A stretch of 64,000 nt of DNA from Candidatus Falkowbacteria bacterium. GTDB taxonomy: Bacteria > Patescibacteriota > Patescibacteriia > CAIXNZ01. A program made the position numbers and the translations under genes. The stretch is taken from the NCBI GenBank assembly GCA_963774955.1, contig CAVZGV010000005.1, forward strand, positions 30,495 to 94,494, given 5' to 3'. Under the pieces are notes generated by a model. It was not told the DNA's origin, did not search any database, and saw nothing but the letters and a program-made list of their open reading frames with translations. This document shows, piece by piece, positions 20,519 through 30,230 of this stretch. How positions within the stretch are numbered: the first letter of the stretch is position 1; each line of letters starts with the position of its first letter.

Positions 20519-21496
20519 TTAACGAGCCAATTCAATTAACTTGTTTATTAATTTTTTATATGAAATCCCCATATCCACCATCAAAAGCGGATACATGGAA
20601 TTTTTGGTAAAGCCGGGCAAAGTATTTATCTCGCTTAAATAAACGGAGCTGTTTTTAAGCAAAAAATCCAAACGACTAAATCCCTTGCAGTCGCATAATT
20701 TATAAACTTTTTCTGCCATTTCTTTAATTTCATTAATTATTTTTTGCGGCAGTTTAGCCGGAATTATCATTTTCGTCTTGTTTAACTTATACTTGTCATC
20801 ATAATCATAAAAGTCATTATAAGGGATAACTTCGCCAGGCGCAGAAATTATCAGATTATTATTGCCTAAAATTGCAACCTCTATTTCGCGGGGCTTTTCT
20901 ATGCCCTGTTCAATTATTGCCTTGGAGTCATGCTTAAAAGCCTCTTTTATGGCCGAGCTAAGTTGCTTAAAATCTTTGATCTTGGAAATGCCGACAGATG
21001 AGCCAGAATTAGCAGGTTTAACAAATAGTGGTAATTTAAAATCTCGCCTAATGTTCTTAAGCTCGCTTGGGGAAATTATTTTATTGTAAATAATCCTAAA
21101 TTTAACCTGCCTTATTTTTTGTCCGGCCATAAAGGTTTTAAAAACCGCTTTATCCATGCATAAAGCCGAACTTAAAACTTTACAGCCGCTATACTTAAGT
21201 TTTTGGCTTTCTAAAATTGCCTGCAAAACCCCATCCTCGCCATATTTGCCATGAGTCATAAGCAAGGCAATGTCAAAATGTTTATTAAAGTCCTCTATTT
21301 TAATTTTTTTCCGGCTTTTAAACCGCTTAATGGACTCAATATTATTTAACTTAAAGAAATCACCTGTTTTATGCCAATAAATCAGGACTAATTTGTATTT
21401 TTTATAATCAAAATTTTGGATTATATTTCTGGCGGAAACTACTGAAACTTCATGTTCGTTACTTAAACCGCCAAAAATTAAAGCAACTCGCATCAT
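20519..21496 (-). CDS. ddl: D-alanine--D-alanine ligase
   Basis: FGGLSNEHEVS, HGKYGEDG, KPANSGSS, FYDYDDKY, EINTLPG. Confidence 0.92.
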   Translation of the reverse strand: MMRVALIFGGLSNEHEVSVVSARNIIQNFDYKKYKLVLIYWHKTGDFFKLNNIESIKRFKSRKKIKIEDFNKHFDIALLMTHGKYGEDGVLQAILESQKLKYSGCKVLSSALCMDKAVFKTFMAGQKIRQVKFRIIYNKIISPSELKNIRRDFKLPLFVKPANSGSSVGISKIKDFKQLSSAIKEAFKHDSKAIIEQGIEKPREIEVAILGNNNLIISAPGEVIPYNDFYDYDDKYKLNKTKMIIPAKLPQKIINEIKEMAEKVYKLCDCKGFSRLDFLLKNSSVYLSEINTLPGFTKNSMYPLLMVDMGISYKKLINKLIELAR

Positions 21497-21840
21497 AAAT
21501 TTACAGTTTTATCTTTAATTATTAAGAATTTCTCTTTAGGCTTTATACTCGTTGGTTTTTTATCTTTAGTTTCCTCATCCTCGCAGGTAGAATTTTGGCA
21601 AATCTCCGGACGATTTTCATAATCCTTGCATAATCCGGTATTATCATCAAAATTTTCACATTCATAAGCATTAAGCTTTATCCCATCAGGAGTATCTTCT
21701 GAAACAGCTCTGCCTAAATAATTCCACATTTTTTTACCTTCTTTATTGAGTGGGATTTTTTCTTCGGGAAAAAATCTTGATACTTTGACTGGATTGCAGC
21801 AAATTGAACATTTTTTCTCTAAACATGGAGCTTCTTTCAT
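21493..21840 (-). CDS. YkgJ-like cysteine cluster protein
   Basis: 'CSICC...C...CKDYENRPEIC'. Confidence 0.75.
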   Translation of the reverse strand: MKEAPCLEKKCSICCNPVKVSRFFPEEKIPLNKEGKKMWNYLGRAVSEDTPDGIKLNAYECENFDDNTGLCKDYENRPEICQNSTCEDEETKDKKPTSIKPKEKFLIIKDKTVNL

Positions 21841-21934
21841 TTTTATAAAAATTTTAATTATTAAACTAAAATCTATAATCTAAAATCTTAAATCGTAAAT
21901 CCCTAACTTCGGCCTTCGGCTTCATCCTTCGGCC

Positions 21935-24127
21935 TTAAACTTTAAATTCAATAATAAACGAACTGCCTTTGCCATTGCCTTCGCTTTCAGCCCAGATCTT
22001 GGCATGATGCTTTTGCATAATCTTTTTGGCAATATATAAGCCCAGGCCAGTGCCTTCTGTATGCACCAGCTGTACACCCTTGGCGCGGGAAAATTTCTGA
22101 AAAAGTTCCGGCATTTCATCAGGGGCAATACCGCGACCGCTATCTTTGACTGAGAAACGGACATGTCCGTCCAGCTTTTCCAGCTGCACAGTTACAAAGC
22201 CTTTCTCCGTATATTTAAGGGCATTATCCATCAGGTTCATAAAGACTTCCCTGACTTTATTGCGGTCCAATTTAAGCGCCGGAATCTTTTTAGTCGGCTT
22301 AACATAGGTGAATTGTAAGCCCCTGCTTTTAGCATGCTGTTCCAGCTCTTCAAAAACTTCTGTGGCCAAAGCATCGGGGTCCACCATTTCAAAATCGTAT
22401 TTCATTCTGCCTGATTCAATGCGGGAAACATTCAGCAAGTCTTCGACCAGGCCGATAATTCTCAAAGTGCTTTTAAAAACCTTATCCAAAGGATTTGCCA
22501 GTTTTTCAGGTACTTCGCCAAAATCCTTTTGCTGTATCATGGACAGATAGCCTTTGATAACTGTCAAAGGCGTACGCAGCTGATGGGAAGCAATGGAAAT
22601 AAATTCTGATTTGGCCACATCCAGTTTTTTCAGCTGGGCATTGGCGACTTTCAATTCCTTGGTCGCTTTATCTACTTCCTCTGTCAATTTAACCGCAAAA
22701 TTCTTCTGTTCCTGGTACAGACGCGCGTTCTGCATGGCCACGCCAGACTGGGAAGCAATGATCTGCAGCATTCTGATATCTTCATTGGAATAAACATCAC
22801 CTGATTTTTTATCGCCATAAAATAAAAGGCCGACCAGTTCGTTTTTAACATAAATCGGCACGATCAGATTAACCTCATACTTATCCATTTCAGCCAAAAG
22901 CGAATCCAGGACCTTATTCTGCATTTGCTCATTGGTTTTCCTTAATTCTTCACGGGCTATAATTTCTTTGTCCAGATTCTGACCGTGCAAAAAATTAAAA
23001 ACCCTGGCAAATAGCTCCTTATCAATAGTATTAGTCTGATTTTCGCCGTTAATACCGGCCATAGCTGCCTGCTTATAAACATTTTCATCTTTATCCAATA
23101 AAAACAAAGAAACACGCGTGCATTTAAACACCGACTCGGTTTTTTGAGTAATGAAATCAGTCAGGGTATTCAAATCCAACGTTGAAGACAAACGGTCGGA
23201 AAATTCAGCAATCACTTCCTGCGGTTTATATTCAGCCTTAAATAAAAAGCTGTCTGTAACTTCAGACAGCCATTTTTTCAATGGTTCAAAACCCAGAGCC
23301 ACCAAAATAGCCATAACAATACCGTTTAAGATCAAAGAGGAGACGCCAAAGATGTCAGTAAATACCAAACTAAGTATAAACGCTAAAATTGCATAGATTG
23401 CAGTGATTAAAAGGACTAAAGATGTGAATACAGCCGAACGTCTGATAATGACACGGATATCCATGAGACGGTAGCGAAGGATCGCATAAGTAGTAAACCC
23501 TATAAAAAACAACATGGATATGGGGCCTAGCAAACTATATTGAGATATGTTAAAGAATAGTAATACTAAATTTGTCGTTAAACCTAAAATGCTACTAATG
23601 CCCATCCCTAAAAAGATATAACGGATCTGGTTTCTAACCAAATTCATTGACTTTTTATACTTTTTTATTAATATGTAAAAAGCAAGAAATAAAAATACGA
23701 CATAATAAACCAGCAGAAAGAGATACAAAGGTCCAACAACTACTTCTGCGCCCCAACTTCTAAGTATAATTTTTTCTACATTCAAACTAGTTGGGGATAA
23801 AACTATAATAATCAGAGCTGGTATTACTAAAATTAATTTATATATTTTTTTAAAATCACCCTCGTCGGTTGGAAAAACTTTTGCAAAAAGTAAGAAAAAA
23901 TACACAATGAGCGACGGTCCTATTATGGCCATTTTATTCCAGAAAAGTGCAGGGTCATATTCTTTCACTGTATCGGCGAATAGTAAGGCAAATACCCATA
24001 AAAATATAGATAAAATAAAATATGAAAAATATCTATTTACCTTACTTGATGAATTTTTTCTATAAATAAAAATCCCCAAAATTATCAACAAAATTAGAAT
24101 GGGGATATATGTGATGTAGGCAATCAT
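21935..24127 (-). CDS. sensor histidine kinase: N-terminal 7TM (HisKA_7TM-like), GAF, HisKA, HATPase
   Basis: multi-TM N-terminus ending YAILRYRLMDI; SHQLRTPL H-box; NALKY, DSGRG, GTGLGL boxes. Confidence 0.92.
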   Translation of the reverse strand: MIAYITYIPILILLIILGIFIYRKNSSSKVNRYFSYFILSIFLWVFALLFADTVKEYDPALFWNKMAIIGPSLIVYFFLLFAKVFPTDEGDFKKIYKLILVIPALIIIVLSPTSLNVEKIILRSWGAEVVVGPLYLFLLVYYVVFLFLAFYILIKKYKKSMNLVRNQIRYIFLGMGISSILGLTTNLVLLFFNISQYSLLGPISMLFFIGFTTYAILRYRLMDIRVIIRRSAVFTSLVLLITAIYAILAFILSLVFTDIFGVSSLILNGIVMAILVALGFEPLKKWLSEVTDSFLFKAEYKPQEVIAEFSDRLSSTLDLNTLTDFITQKTESVFKCTRVSLFLLDKDENVYKQAAMAGINGENQTNTIDKELFARVFNFLHGQNLDKEIIAREELRKTNEQMQNKVLDSLLAEMDKYEVNLIVPIYVKNELVGLLFYGDKKSGDVYSNEDIRMLQIIASQSGVAMQNARLYQEQKNFAVKLTEEVDKATKELKVANAQLKKLDVAKSEFISIASHQLRTPLTVIKGYLSMIQQKDFGEVPEKLANPLDKVFKSTLRIIGLVEDLLNVSRIESGRMKYDFEMVDPDALATEVFEELEQHAKSRGLQFTYVKPTKKIPALKLDRNKVREVFMNLMDNALKYTEKGFVTVQLEKLDGHVRFSVKDSGRGIAPDEMPELFQKFSRAKGVQLVHTEGTGLGLYIAKKIMQKHHAKIWAESEGNGKGSSFIIEFKV

Positions 24128-24128
24128 A

Positions 24129-24944
24129 TTACTCTAATATTAATGTCATACACTTGATACTCCCACCTGATTTCAAGAATTCTGAAGTATTTAATGTATG
24201 TATATTATAATTATATTTTTTTAATTGCTCATGTGTCTGCGGACAATCTTTATTAATGATTATATTATCATTAACACTTATGGAGTTACAGGCATATTTA
24301 AAAGCCTCATCATCGTTAATTTCAATAATATTCTTAAATTCTGTTTTTATTAATTCACAAGACTCCGAGCTAAATGCCTTTGGATAATAAATCACAGTAT
24401 CCGCATAATCAAAATATGCCAGACAAGTATCCATGTGATAAAAATTGGGATTAATTAATTCCAAAGTAATCACCTCTTTTTCTAAAATACGGGACACCTC
24501 TTTGTGAGCGGCTAGACTCGATCTAAAGCCGTAACCCATAATAATTTTATCATCATGAAAAATTCGATCTGCCTCGCCTTCAAATTCTACATTAGGAGAT
24601 AAACGGATTACTTCATAACCGTTTTTTTTGAACCAATTTAAAAAATATGGTTCTTCTCCCCGTCTCTCCCTAAATTTAAACTGAGATGGTATAAAAACAT
24701 GACCATACACCAAGCCGGCATTGGCCGTAAAAACCATATCCGGTTGATTGGGCACAGGTTCAATTAGATCCACAATAGCTCCTAATTCAAGGTACTTATC
24801 ATAAAGCTGCTGCCATTGCTTTTGAGCTAGTATTTTATCAGGCTTGTTGTGAACGTTCATCCAGGGATTAATTTCATAATCCACGTCAAAATATTGAGGG
24901 GGACACATTAAAAATTTATGAGTTCTTTTGATTTGGTTGTTCAT
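24129..24944 (-). CDS. amidinotransferase superfamily enzyme, ArgZ-like arginine dihydrolase
   Basis: FLMCPP..FDVDYEINPWM, PDMVFTANAG, FEGEAD, FYHMDTC, GGSIKCMTL; likely start MNNQ at 24944. Confidence 0.8.
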   Translation of the reverse strand: MNNQIKRTHKFLMCPPQYFDVDYEINPWMNVHNKPDKILAQKQWQQLYDKYLELGAIVDLIEPVPNQPDMVFTANAGLVYGHVFIPSQFKFRERRGEEPYFLNWFKKNGYEVIRLSPNVEFEGEADRIFHDDKIIMGYGFRSSLAAHKEVSRILEKEVITLELINPNFYHMDTCLAYFDYADTVIYYPKAFSSESCELIKTEFKNIIEINDDEAFKYACNSISVNDNIIINKDCPQTHEQLKKYNYNIHTLNTSEFLKSGGSIKCMTLILE

Positions 24945-26079
24945 CGATAAAATGGACTCTAGGCGGATCAAAGCCGTTAAATCTAGAGGCGTATGATAGT
25001 GTATAAGCTCCTGCATTAATTATATACAATTTATCGCCAACCGTTAAATCCTTGGGAAGATAATATTCCTTAAACATAGTATCCACGCTATCACAAGAAG
25101 GACCGGCAATTGTATATGGGATTAAATCATCCTTATGAGTCAAACCCGTCAATTCCTTTTCACTAACTATTTCATAGCTAAAACCCTCAATACTTTCCAT
25201 TAAACCATTAAAGACTCCCACATCAATATAAAGCCAATTTTCTGAACCTCTGGCGGCTTTTAAAATAACGGAAGTTACAAGATTGCCTGAATCGCCGATC
25301 ACAGCTCTGCCCGGCTCAATAAACAATTCCAAATCAGGATAATCGCCAAATCCATCCTTTAAAGTTTTTTCTATTTGATGTTTAATTTCTGAAATTAGTG
25401 GGGTTTTTTTAAGATGCTGTACTGGAATCCCTCCACCGAGATTGATAAGTTTAAGATTAATGCCATTTTTCTTGGCTAAATTAAAAATTTCAGCCGTTGT
25501 AATTAAAGCATTGGACCAATTTAATGGATTTAAGCATTGAGAGCCGACATGGAAAGTAATGCCATAGGGTATAACCTTGGAATTTTGAGCATATTTTAAT
25601 AAATCCAAAGCACGTGAAGAATCAGCTCCGAATTTTTTTGATAATGGCCAGTCACTGCCCGTATTATCAACAATAATACGCAGATAAACCTTTGCTCCCG
25701 GTGCATGTTCTGATATCTTATCTATTTCCTGCTCGCTATCGTAAGCGAAATATTCTACACCGGCTTCATGAGCCTTTTTAATAAATCCCGGAATTTTATT
25801 CGTGTTGCTGGTAATGATTTTCTTAGGATCAACACCTAAATTTAACAAATCCTGAAGTTCATTAACGGAAGCAATTTCAAAACCGCTATCCATATCTTTT
25901 AATAGCCTTAAAATATCTATCGTAGGATTTGATTTCATGGCATAAAAAACTTTAACGCCAGCAATACTATCCTTAATTTCCTGGTACTTTTTTCGGATAA
26001 TTTCCTTATCCAAAATTAAGGCTGGGGTTATAATTTCCGCCGAATTATGATGTTTTTTAAGCTTATTGATAGAAAGCAT
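24916..26079 (-). CDS. fold-type III ornithine/lysine decarboxylase
   Basis: FYAMKSN (PLP Lys), HVGSQ, EPGR, GPSCDSVD, GAYT, FNGF. Confidence 0.9.
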   Translation of the reverse strand: MLSINKLKKHHNSAEIITPALILDKEIIRKKYQEIKDSIAGVKVFYAMKSNPTIDILRLLKDMDSGFEIASVNELQDLLNLGVDPKKIITSNTNKIPGFIKKAHEAGVEYFAYDSEQEIDKISEHAPGAKVYLRIIVDNTGSDWPLSKKFGADSSRALDLLKYAQNSKVIPYGITFHVGSQCLNPLNWSNALITTAEIFNLAKKNGINLKLINLGGGIPVQHLKKTPLISEIKHQIEKTLKDGFGDYPDLELFIEPGRAVIGDSGNLVTSVILKAARGSENWLYIDVGVFNGLMESIEGFSYEIVSEKELTGLTHKDDLIPYTIAGPSCDSVDTMFKEYYLPKDLTVGDKLYIINAGAYTLSYASRFNGFDPPRVHFIDEQPNQKNS

Positions 26080-26259
26080 AAAGATTTTGTTATATATTTT
26101 TTAGATACTATAATTTAGCATATAATAAGATTGCTGTCAACTGTTGTAAAATAAGCTTTCTTTGAATATTTGCTGTTAAATACTTGACAAATACAACAAA
26201 AAAGTATATACTAAGACAATCGAGAGTTTTTCATTCAATGGTTTAAGGAGGATTTCGTA

Positions 26260-26826
26260 ATGGAAGAAAGAGTTTTAAAAACACAGGTAATTTCTGATCC
26301 TGTCCTGCAGCTGAAAATCTGGGAGACCTACAAGAATTCATTTGCTAACACCGATGACTACTGCGCCCAAGATCAAATCTGTTATGATGAAAAAACGATG
26401 AAAGAGGCCCTACTTGACACTGACTACTGGAAATTCGTTCTTTTCTTAGGTGACGAGCCGATTGGTCTTTGCTTAATGACCAGTAATCTCGTCAAAGCTC
26501 GCATCGCCTACTGCAATGACCGCTTCCTGACGCGGAAATATCCCAACTATGTTTCCGCAGGACGGCTTTATTATGTCACTGCCATTTGTGTTCTGCCTGA
26601 CATGCAAAAAAGGGGCAAGGGCATTGAGCTACTGAAAACAGTTTGCCAACACATCTTTGATTACAAGGCCATGGTCGCCTATGACTACTCGGAAAACAAG
26701 AATTCCAGTTTAACTGGACTAATCACCTACGTGGGTAAAAAATTAGGCTGGGAGATCATTGAGGTTCCGCTTGACCGTCAATGTTATACTTCGCTCTACT
26801 ACCAGCATGATGGAAAGCCCTCATAA
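26260..26826 (+). CDS. GNAT-fold acyltransferase
   Basis: 'ICVLPDMQKRGKGIELL' acyl-CoA binding motif A; TTGACA-17-TATACT promoter and AAGGAGG SD. Confidence 0.75.
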   Translation: MEERVLKTQVISDPVLQLKIWETYKNSFANTDDYCAQDQICYDEKTMKEALLDTDYWKFVLFLGDEPIGLCLMTSNLVKARIAYCNDRFLTRKYPNYVSAGRLYYVTAICVLPDMQKRGKGIELLKTVCQHIFDYKAMVAYDYSENKNSSLTGLITYVGKKLGWEIIEVPLDRQCYTSLYYQHDGKPS

Positions 26827-27011
26827 ATTACATATCTAGCAGGTGCCGCCTCGGCATCTGCTTTTTTATTTGCTAATATTGGTATAAATAAATATCAATG
26901 AACCTCTATTATTTATACCACATTTTTGACCTGTCAACAAGGGTTCGTCTAGAAACAAAAGAAAAAGACGTCTCACTCGGTGAGACGTCTTTATATTTGT
27001 AGCCATTTTTT

Positions 27012-27833
27012 TTATGGCAAACTGCGTAAAATCGCCTGAAGATCCATTTCCAGGTACCTTTGAGAAAAAAAGTTCTCCGGAAATACAGGCTTGATCTTAC
27101 GTTCAGAAAAGGTTAGCACGGTCAGATGACGGGCCGACAAATTCTGAACTACCATCCGGTTGGACCGCCAATACTCGCCTACCCTGACAATATCCTGGTT
27201 AAGCTGAATCTTGGCCAATTGACCTTCCGGGTCATAATACTCCATTTTGAGGATGAAGTAGTTGTTTGGCTGCAGCCAGATTTTACGGCGGGAATAACCG
27301 AAATTACCAATGTCCTGACTGTCCCTTGGGCGGGCTTCGAGGACATAGCAATTCTGGCTGTTCAAAACCTCATCGGGCAATCGCAGGTACTCCCAGCGAT
27401 CCAGAACTTCAGGTTCCAGATCGCCAAAAGTGATGTCAGAAGCCATGAAGCGATCTGACTTTTTGCTGGACCCGATTATGCGGGTGCCGATTTCCGGTAA
27501 GTACAACTGCTGAAAAGTCTGACTGGCTGATTTTTGCACTGTCAGGACACCCATGCCCTGTAAAGTTGCCGGTGCCGAGACTTTGAGCAGACTGCTTTGC
27601 AGATTAGCCTGGTTGGCCAACCACATCTGCATGGTGATGACTCGATCAGGCTTGGCCTGATCATCAAGACCGGAAATCAAGGCCATGTGAATGACGAAAC
27701 TTTCACTGGCCGCATTGTAGAGCTTTTCTTCCTGGTCCATTATCTGTCTGGCCTGCATGGAATCGAAATCCTGAGACCAAACAGGCCAGGCCAGAAAACA
27801 AACCAGCAAAATCAAGAGCAATTTACCTTTCAT
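27012..27833 (-). CDS. LolA-like outer-membrane lipoprotein-sorting protein
   Basis: signal peptide; 'QQLYLP...RIIGSSKKSDRFMASDITFGDL', 'YSRRKIW', 'EYYDPEGQLAK'. Confidence 0.8.
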   Translation of the reverse strand: MKGKLLLILLVCFLAWPVWSQDFDSMQARQIMDQEEKLYNAASESFVIHMALISGLDDQAKPDRVITMQMWLANQANLQSSLLKVSAPATLQGMGVLTVQKSASQTFQQLYLPEIGTRIIGSSKKSDRFMASDITFGDLEPEVLDRWEYLRLPDEVLNSQNCYVLEARPRDSQDIGNFGYSRRKIWLQPNNYFILKMEYYDPEGQLAKIQLNQDIVRVGEYWRSNRMVVQNLSARHLTVLTFSERKIKPVFPENFFSQRYLEMDLQAILRSLP

Positions 27834-30081
27834 TTATTTCCTCCTCTGAAAACTTGCCCAGAATAGGGGTTAGAAGCGGTAAAAAGACCAATGTTCCGAC
27901 CGAACAAACAACCATGGTCAGAACAATCAGCCAGCCAAAATCGCGAATCGGGGTAAAGCTGGAGAACAATAGCACCGTAAACCCCAGGATATTCGACAGC
28001 GCGTCAAAAAGTATGGGTTTGCCAGCCTGATAATTGGTCAGACTGATCATTTCCTGCAAAAACCGTTTGTCCGGTTTCTTTTCCAGCAAACGATTTAAGT
28101 AGTGAATGCTAAAGTCCACGCCGACCCCGACTGTGACTGAAGTAAGAATACAGCTGGCCAGATCAAGCCTGATCCCCAGCCAGCCCATTAACCCAAACAC
28201 CAGAATGGTGGAATAAGTTAAGGGCGCAATCGCCAAAACTCCCAGCCGCCAGGAACGGAAAACAAGAGCGCAGACCAGCCAGATAATGATGATCGAACAA
28301 ATGATATTCACTATTTTGCCGGTCACGATGTACTTGTTCTGGCTGATCCATTCCATGTTTTCGCCCCCGAATTTAGCTGTCAGTTCCGGAGGGAAATTCG
28401 TAGCCAGGTAATTTTTCATCTGCTCGTAATTCTGTTCAATTACCTGACTGTCGTCAATATTCATCCAGATGGTCACTTTCAGCTTTTGATGTGACCCGTC
28501 CAGATAAGTACCCAAATCCACGGTTGTGTCCATGGCGTAAAGCAACAGGTATTGTGAAACCAAGGCAAAAGACCTTGGCACACTCTCCTGCTGATTCAGG
28601 GTTTTGTTGATGTAAATCAAGGCGTCGATAATGGAATCAGTGTAGCCGACAGACGGCAAACCGGCAGCGTATTTCTGGAACTGCCAGATCTGCTCCAAAT
28701 TTTGCGGCTGGAGGACACAATCAGTGGTTTGACATTCAAACATCACTTCGATCACGCCTGTGCCCTTAAACTCCCGGTCAAATAATTCCGAAGTCAAACG
28801 AACAGGATGGTCAGCCGGGAAAAACTTGGTCGGATTCGAACCGACCTGCAACTGGCTCATGCCAACAAGCGCTAGAACCAACAAAATGCCGGAAACCAGC
28901 CAAACCAGCCGAGGATGTTGGATAATTTTCTTTATGCCAACCAGGCAAGACTCAGTCAATTGCTCAAAAAACCCAAGTCCTTTGCCTGGTTTTTGGGTTG
29001 GCGGCAAAACTGCCAATAAGGCCGGGCAAAATATCAGAATGTAAATCAGCATGAAGATAATGCCCAGAGCCGCAAACAAACCAAATTCCCGCAAAGAAAT
29101 TATTTTGAACACCGCCAGGGTGCCAAACCCAATCGCCGAAGTCAGCCCGGCCAAAGCAATTGGCTTGACGACCAAGCTTAGGGCCTGATTTCTTTGTTGG
29201 GGACTAACCGAAAAGTAACGTTCCAGTAAATGAATACCGTAGGACGAACCTAAGGCGATAATCATTACCGGAATAATGGAGGTAACCGTGCTGACCTTAT
29301 ACCCCAGCCAGCCCATGGCACCCATGGTAGAAACCACGGCCAAAAGCATGGCTATAAGCGGCAGGAAAACCGAACGCAGGTTAGCAAAGCAAAAAAAGAA
29401 TAAGAGACAAATGACCGCAATGGCCAAGGGAAAAAGAATAGACAGGTCATGATTAATACCGGCGTCAATCGCTTCATCAATGACCTGAAAACTGTAGACA
29501 AAAATTTTTTCAGGTCCCTGATATTGGGCGATCAGATCATTAGCCACCTGGTAGACCTCGTGTTCCGGCGTGGTTTTATCAACCGGAGCCTGAATCAAAG
29601 TCGTGGTCAAATCAGCAGAAATCAAACGCTGCCAGATCAAAGAGTTACTGCGCAGCACCTGTTCCAGCCGTTGTAATTCCTGACTGGTCTGAGGCACAGT
29701 AGACAGTAGCGGTTCGATCAGAAGACCGTCCGCTGAATTTTCCACTTGCGTAAAAGTCGCCAGGCTCAAAATCTGTTCTTTGTTGATGCCCGGGAAAGAG
29801 CGCAAGGCTTGTGAAAATTCTTTAAGTTTGACCAGGCTCGCAGAATTAAGCAGGCCGTTTTCATTGACAACGGCAAAAACCACATAGCTTTTGTCGCCGA
29901 AAACCTGCTTGAATTCATTATTGGTTTGGACGATCTGATCATTGTCAGGCAGCTCGCCCTCCAAGACCGACCGAATTTCCAGTTTGCCCAGGCCATAAGC
30001 CAGGAACAAAGTCAGACTCAGGCAGGCCGCGATGACCCACCATTTGTACTTGCCTACCAGGTTAAAAAATCGTTCCATCAC
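27823..30081 (-). CDS. MMPL/RND superfamily transporter
   Basis: two MMPL repeats with 'ALGSSYGIH' and 'GVGVDFSIHYL'. Confidence 0.9.
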   Translation of the reverse strand: MMERFFNLVGKYKWWVIAACLSLTLFLAYGLGKLEIRSVLEGELPDNDQIVQTNNEFKQVFGDKSYVVFAVVNENGLLNSASLVKLKEFSQALRSFPGINKEQILSLATFTQVENSADGLLIEPLLSTVPQTSQELQRLEQVLRSNSLIWQRLISADLTTTLIQAPVDKTTPEHEVYQVANDLIAQYQGPEKIFVYSFQVIDEAIDAGINHDLSILFPLAIAVICLLFFFCFANLRSVFLPLIAMLLAVVSTMGAMGWLGYKVSTVTSIIPVMIIALGSSYGIHLLERYFSVSPQQRNQALSLVVKPIALAGLTSAIGFGTLAVFKIISLREFGLFAALGIIFMLIYILIFCPALLAVLPPTQKPGKGLGFFEQLTESCLVGIKKIIQHPRLVWLVSGILLVLALVGMSQLQVGSNPTKFFPADHPVRLTSELFDREFKGTGVIEVMFECQTTDCVLQPQNLEQIWQFQKYAAGLPSVGYTDSIIDALIYINKTLNQQESVPRSFALVSQYLLLYAMDTTVDLGTYLDGSHQKLKVTIWMNIDDSQVIEQNYEQMKNYLATNFPPELTAKFGGENMEWISQNKYIVTGKIVNIICSIIIIWLVCALVFRSWRLGVLAIAPLTYSTILVFGLMGWLGIRLDLASCILTSVTVGVGVDFSIHYLNRLLEKKPDKRFLQEMISLTNYQAGKPILFDALSNILGFTVLLFSSFTPIRDFGWLIVLTMVVCSVGTLVFLPLLTPILGKFSEEEINER

Positions 30082-30230
30082 ATCCTCCTCTTGCAGCCGT
30101 TAGCTACGGTTTTTGTTTATTTTTTGAAGTTATAATACCTCTAAATTGTCAAAGTTCAGATACTTAAAGTTACCATAAAAAATGCAAGTTGTCAACGATT
30201 TAACAAAATAAAAAAGGGCATTGCTGCCCT

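Noticed and set aside
20519-21496. Vancomycin-resistance D-Ala-D-Lac ligase
   Set aside because: Omega loop FYDYDDKY has Tyr as in ordinary Ddl, and there are no vanH/vanX neighbours.
19293-21840. tRNA-integrated prophage or island
   Set aside because: No integrase and no duplicated tRNA 3' end found.
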